This document shows, in pieces, positions 58,427 to 64,000 of a stretch of DNA of 64,000 nucleotides. The translations under genes and the position numbers were made by a program. The DNA comes from the human T2T-CHM13v2.0 reference genome, Homo sapiens. Every line of letters begins with the position of its first letter. The stretch's first letter is position 1. Below the pieces are notes generated by a model that saw only the letters and a list, made by a program, of their open reading frames with translations, was not told the origin of the DNA and ran no database searches. The DNA lies in the NCBI RefSeq assembly GCF_009914755.1, contig NC_060934.1; one strand, written 5' to 3'.

Positions 58427-60082
58427 ACTGAGCTGATTTCCTACCTTCCAGGAAACAAAACATAACAAAACTGTGCTTAATTCATTCCAAGAAGAACAGT
58501 ATCTATCTTGTTTTCGATTATTTCAAGAGAAAAGACTTCATTATTCCTTAGCAGTCTCAGAATTCTTTGAAACAAGGAATGGTTTCCTATAACTAATGTA
58601 TATCACCTCCCAATTTATGTCATATGTATGTCCATTATGAAAATGCAAAAACCCATCTAAATGTTATCTCTGACAAACTCTATGGATAAAAGTTTTTCTT
58701 TTTTCTTACTTTTAAAATAACAGAGACCCATTGTACAAAATTAGAAAATAGAATTTTTTCAAATTACAGAAATTATGTTTTTTGTAATGTTTCTTTTTGT
58801 ACTTTATTATAACCACATTTAAATATATGATTGTTTCAGAAGAGGAATCATTCTGCATATTTTACATTTTTTAAGAAAATATAATTGTATTAGAATTCAT
58901 GTTCTCATTTTATAATTTGTTTAAAACCCCTTTTGTGGCTACACTAACAATTTTAGTATTTTGTTATTCTTTGGAAATTTAGCTGTTTCTTAATTTAACT
59001 GATGTATAATGGGAGATTAACAGCACTTGGGAAAATTATTGCACTTACAATATTTTTAATACCTACTCCTTATCTTTTCACTGCTCAGAATAAATGTTTC
59101 CAAATATTTAAGACTTTATTCACCCATGTAATTTATTTTATAACAGTTTGGCTTGCTCTCTAATGTAGGTTCTACATTTATTTCTTAAATTTTACATCTG
59201 ATATTGTACACATTTTAATCGAGCCTAACAAGTATCCACTGTGTAGAAGAGTTTATCTGAATATAATAACACATTAAAATATATGTACCAAGTCCAAAAC
59301 ATAAATTGTTTCTAATGGATAAAATGCTTTCATTTTAAGGTAAGTGCTTTTATTGTAAAGAAAATTTAAACAATTCATATCACATATGGTAGTTGAGTAC
59401 AGAGAGTCAAAGCCGATGAATCAAAATAAGAATCACAGTTACTCAATTTGCTTATTATGTTGTAATGGTTGACGTGGACTTTTTAAAAAGTTCTGAACAT
59501 ATGGCATGCCCATGAAAAACTGACTTTGCTTCCTGTACATTTTAAAAATGTTTTGTCAAAATAATTGAAAACCAGTTCCCAGAGCATGTTCACAACAATT
59601 AAGTTTGGACCAGCTTCCTACAGTACAGAAGGTCCAGATAATCCCATTTTAAAATTACATTAAATGAGAAAAGTAAGACATGTATTTCTTCTGAGGCTTA
59701 TTCACAAGTATCTTAAGAAACAGGAAAGCTGAAAACCTAGCCATGGTATAATAAGAGAAAGAAAGAAAATTGAGTTACCATTTTCATTTTGTTTCTTCCC
59801 TCAGTTAATTATCTATATTCCTCCTTGTACATTAAATTAGAAAATTACTAAAAAGTATATTGTATATTTACGATGAATTACAAAACTCACGTGATAACTG
59901 AGTTGATTTCCTACCTTCCAGGAAACAAAACATAACAAAACTTCGCTTAATTCATTCCAGGAAGAAAAATATCTATCTTGTTTTTGATTATTTCAAGAGA
60001 AAAGATCCATTATTCCTCAGCATGTTCAGAATTCTTTGAGACAAGGAATGGTTTCTTATAAATAATCTATATCGCCTCCCAA
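58427..60082 (+). repeat. Local duplication of ~187 bp (58427-58613 and 59897-60082), ~90% identical
   Basis: Both copies run actgag(c/t)tgatttcctaccttccaggaaacaaaacataacaaaact...tatatc(a/g)cctcccaa. Confidence 0.93.
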
Positions 60083-60611
60083 CTGTATATAGTATTTGGA
60101 ATATATATATATGTATACTCTATATATACTATTTAGGATATATAATACTATATGTATTATTCCAAAAATACTATATGCCGTGAACAATATAGTATACAGT
60201 ATATTCATACTTAGGGCCATTTTAAACACAAACAGCTAATTGTCTATGGTCTGGTGATTATTATAGAGGTAGTTTTTATGTAATACGCGGGCCTTGCGAC
60301 TCAGTGTTGTAGGCAGTTGTGTGGTATATTTGGGCAATGCAGAAGGGGAGAAAAACAGGCAGTGTATTTTGGGATTCATAGCTGAAAGACTAGTTTATGG
60401 GTTTACCTGTGCATCCTTTTATTAAATCCGAGAAATAGCTCACAAAAAGTCTTATTACCAGCTAGATGGAGGCTATCAGGCCAGGATACATTGGGGTACA
60501 CTTAGTAATGCAATACACCTTATAAGTTCACATATTAAAAATACATAAGCTTCTTCAATTGATAAAGCATCAATAACACTGCTACTTATACAGGATTGAA
60601 AATACATTTCC

Positions 60612-62592
60612 CAGGAGTGATGTCAGTGGAAATGGAGAAGACAGCCCCAAGAGATGGTCTCGCCACAAAACGTCAAAAAATCACAATTAAGCAGGGACCT
60701 TCAACAGCAAATTTGATGAAACTCTGGAAAACAGTCACAGGTTTATAGCAACCAGATGAAGGCAGAATTTGTTTTAAAAAAAGGTAAATCAAATCTGGTA
60801 GAAGAACTCTGTGGCATTTTGACTTGTCTTTATCCTACCATCTCACTGGCTCAGAGTGGCCTTGAAAACATCAGTGAACATTCCCAGTGTGACACTATGG
60901 TCTTTGTTTCTGGAGGGAGCGAGCTATCCTTATTCATAAAGAACTGTGGGGGTCTATTCTAGTCTGTCTGGAGACTGCCTGAAGGAGTGATTCATGGCAC
61001 TTATCTTTGTTTCATCAAACTTGGAAATCACTCAAAGCAGAAAAGCAGTGGGCATTCCTCAGAAATATTGTAAGGCAGGGGATAGCCCACAAACACTTGA
61101 GGCGTATAATAGAGTGCCAAAAACTTGCCAGGAAAGTCTGGGTAAATAGTTTCATGGAAAATTCAGGCACTCAAAAGTGTACTGGGGAATACAGAATAAT
61201 AAATATAATTGAGAATTCATAAATATACCCACACATCTACAGTCATCTGATTTTCAACAAGAATGCCAAGACCATTCAAAAGGAAAGAATAGTCTTGTCA
61301 ACAAACGGCACTGGAACAAATGGAAATCTATACGTAAAAGAATTAAGTTAGACTACTTCACTTCATACACAGCTATTACCTCAAAATGGATCAACAATTT
61401 TTCTAAACACAAGAATTGAAACCTGTAAACAACTCTTAGATAAAAACTAGAGGTAAATATTCATAATCTTGGATTTGGCCATGGATTCTTAGATATGACA
61501 CCAGATGCACGGGAAGCAAAGGAAAAAATAGATATACTGAACTTCGTCAAAATAAAAAAAAAAAACCTTTTGTGCATCAAGGGATATTATCGAGAAAGTA
61601 AAAAAAACAACGCATATAACTGGAGAAAATACTTACAAATCACATATCTGGTAAGAGTCTTATTTCCAGAATATATAAAGGATTACATAACTTAACATCA
61701 AAAAGAAATCCCAATTTAAAAATAGGCAAAAGACTCAAATACACATTTTTTCCAAAGAAGATATACAGGATATACAAATAATCAAAAAGCATATGAAAAT
61801 ATGTCATTAGTCATCAGGCAAATGCAAATCAAAACCCACAACCAAGTATCACTTCACACTCACTATGATAATTATATTTAAAAAAAGAAACAACCACCAT
61901 TACTAACAACAACAACAAAAAATAATTGTTGGCAAAAATGGGAATAAATCAGAATCCTCATATATTTCTGGTGGGAATATAAAATGCTTCAATCACTGTG
62001 GAAAATATTTGACAGTTCCTCAAATGGTTAAAAACACATAATTACACTATTCCCTAGCAAATCTATTCAGTATATACTTAAAAAAGCCAAACACAGGTAC
62101 TTAAATACACGTACATATATGTTCACAGCAGCAGTATTTGTAATACCGAAAGGTAGAAAAACAGCTTAAACGTCTATCAATTTATGAATAGGTAAACAAA
62201 TTGTTGTATATGCATGTAATGGAATATTACGTAGCCATGAAAAGTAGGGACCTACTTGCACATGTTGCAACACAGACGAATCTTGGAAACATTAGGCTAC
62301 AAAAAAGAAGCTAGACACAAATAGTCACACATTGCATGATTCCATTTCTGTAGAATATTCAAAGTAGGTAACTTGATGAAGCCAGTACACAGATTGGTGT
62401 TTGCCAGGGGCTAAGGGAAATAAGGAATAGGGAGCAATTGCTAAATGGGTTCAGGTTTCTATTTGGAGTGATGAAGCTATTTTAGAACTAGACAGAGTTG
62501 GTAGTTGCATGAGTTCTGAATCTCCTAAACAACACTGAATTGTTCACTTTAAAATGGTTAATTTTGTGCTATGTGAATTTTGCCTCAATTGT
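60612..62592 (+). mobile_element. L1MB-like element: probable 5' region (60612-~61190) abutting ORF2 3' end and 3' UTR (~61195-62592)
   Basis: The 3' part is clear (gattttcaacaagaatgccaagaccattcaa; tgttcactttaaaatggttaattt). The 5' part starts 'ggagtgatgtcagtggaaatgg', similar to L1M 5' ends, and is less certain. Confidence 0.7.
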
Positions 62593-62735
62593 ATAAATTA
62601 TATTGCAGAGTATTTTCCATCACCAAGCTTTTGGGCTACGTTCCTGAAACATATTATGCTTGGCATACTCAATTATTTTAGAAAATAGGGTTTGCCTAAC
62701 TATAAAAATGGTGTTCAAACATAATTTAAAAATTT

Positions 62736-63292
<557 letters not shown>

Positions 63293-63297
63293 TTATC

Positions 63298-63400
63298 ACC
63301 TGTAGTCCCAGCTACTTGGGAGGCTGAGGTGGGAGGATCACGTAAGCCTAGACTTTTGAGACTAGCCTGGGCAACAGAGTAATACCCAGTCTTAAGAAAA
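63298..63400 (+). mobile_element. FLAM-like Alu monomer fragment
   Basis: cctgtagtcccagctacttgggaggctgaggtgggaggatc...gagactagcctgggcaaca...aagaaaa. Confidence 0.75.
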
Positions 63401-64000
63401 TTCAATGATGTAAATAGAAAGTAGCCGAGGATATCTACTTCCAAACAAAACAAGCTACCGAATTTAAAACCTGCTTCTATAAGTAACTGTTTTTCAAAAT
63501 TCCGTTATTAGGAAATACCGATGCAGCATCATTATAAACTATTATCTCACATATTTCATGATGTATAGGCTTTGCTTATTTAAAATTTTGTTAAAAATTC
63601 TACAGCTTGTGACTGAACATTTACACTTGGAGGTGTCTGAGCCTTTGACAGATTTATCACATTGCTTTTGGGCACTGAGTTTCAGGCTTTACAATGATAT
63701 TTAAAGAGATTAGAGTATACTTTAACATGTACAGTTGCTTCAAGTTTGACATGGCATTTCATATTAAATAGCAATTAGCAATTAACAAAAACCTACTAAT
63801 AAAGGGAGCTAGGTATTGACAGCAGTTTGGGGAAAAGATGATGGTGGCATGAACTAAGGTAGTAGAGTGAAGTGTGAGAAATAGTTTGATTTGGGTTTAA
63901 TATTTTGAAAGTAGAGCTGAGCTGTCAGGGAATAAAATAAATATCTTTCTTATATATTATTTAATTTTCAATATAATCATAAAATTCAAACTGATATGAA

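Overview
AT-rich, repeat-dense primate (very probably human) genomic DNA from inside PCDH15 (protocadherin-15; tip-link cadherin, USH1F/DFNB23), transcribed on the minus strand. Three coding exons have canonical AG/GT ends: 58120-58213 (94 bp), 45545-45673 (129 bp) and 1690-1995 (306 bp). They splice in frame and encode extracellular cadherin repeats. I recall these as about EC6-EC8 and exons 17-19; that numbering is not verifiable here. The rest is intron (43.5 kb, 12.4 kb and two partial introns) filled with transposable elements: a 5'-inverted L1PA2-like LINE, older L1s, about 13 Alus, a near full-length Tigger1, two complete THE1 (MaLR) proviruses in opposite orientation, THE1 solo LTRs, a MER52 LTR nested in an ERVL relic, and MLT1/L2/MIR/MER5 fragments. 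Most listed ORFs are repeat-derived or chance. I found no convincing new gene system. The best second-look items are: the 306-bp exon is exactly one in-register cadherin repeat; a possible read-through/intronic poly(A) isoform; a TSD-flanked MIR+Alu chimeric insert; an unexplained ~150-bp foldback; a snap-back scar at a THE1 end; inverted THE1 proviruses with intact DUX4 motifs; and local non-TE duplications. Repeat subfamily calls come from recalled consensus sequences, not from a RepeatMasker run.
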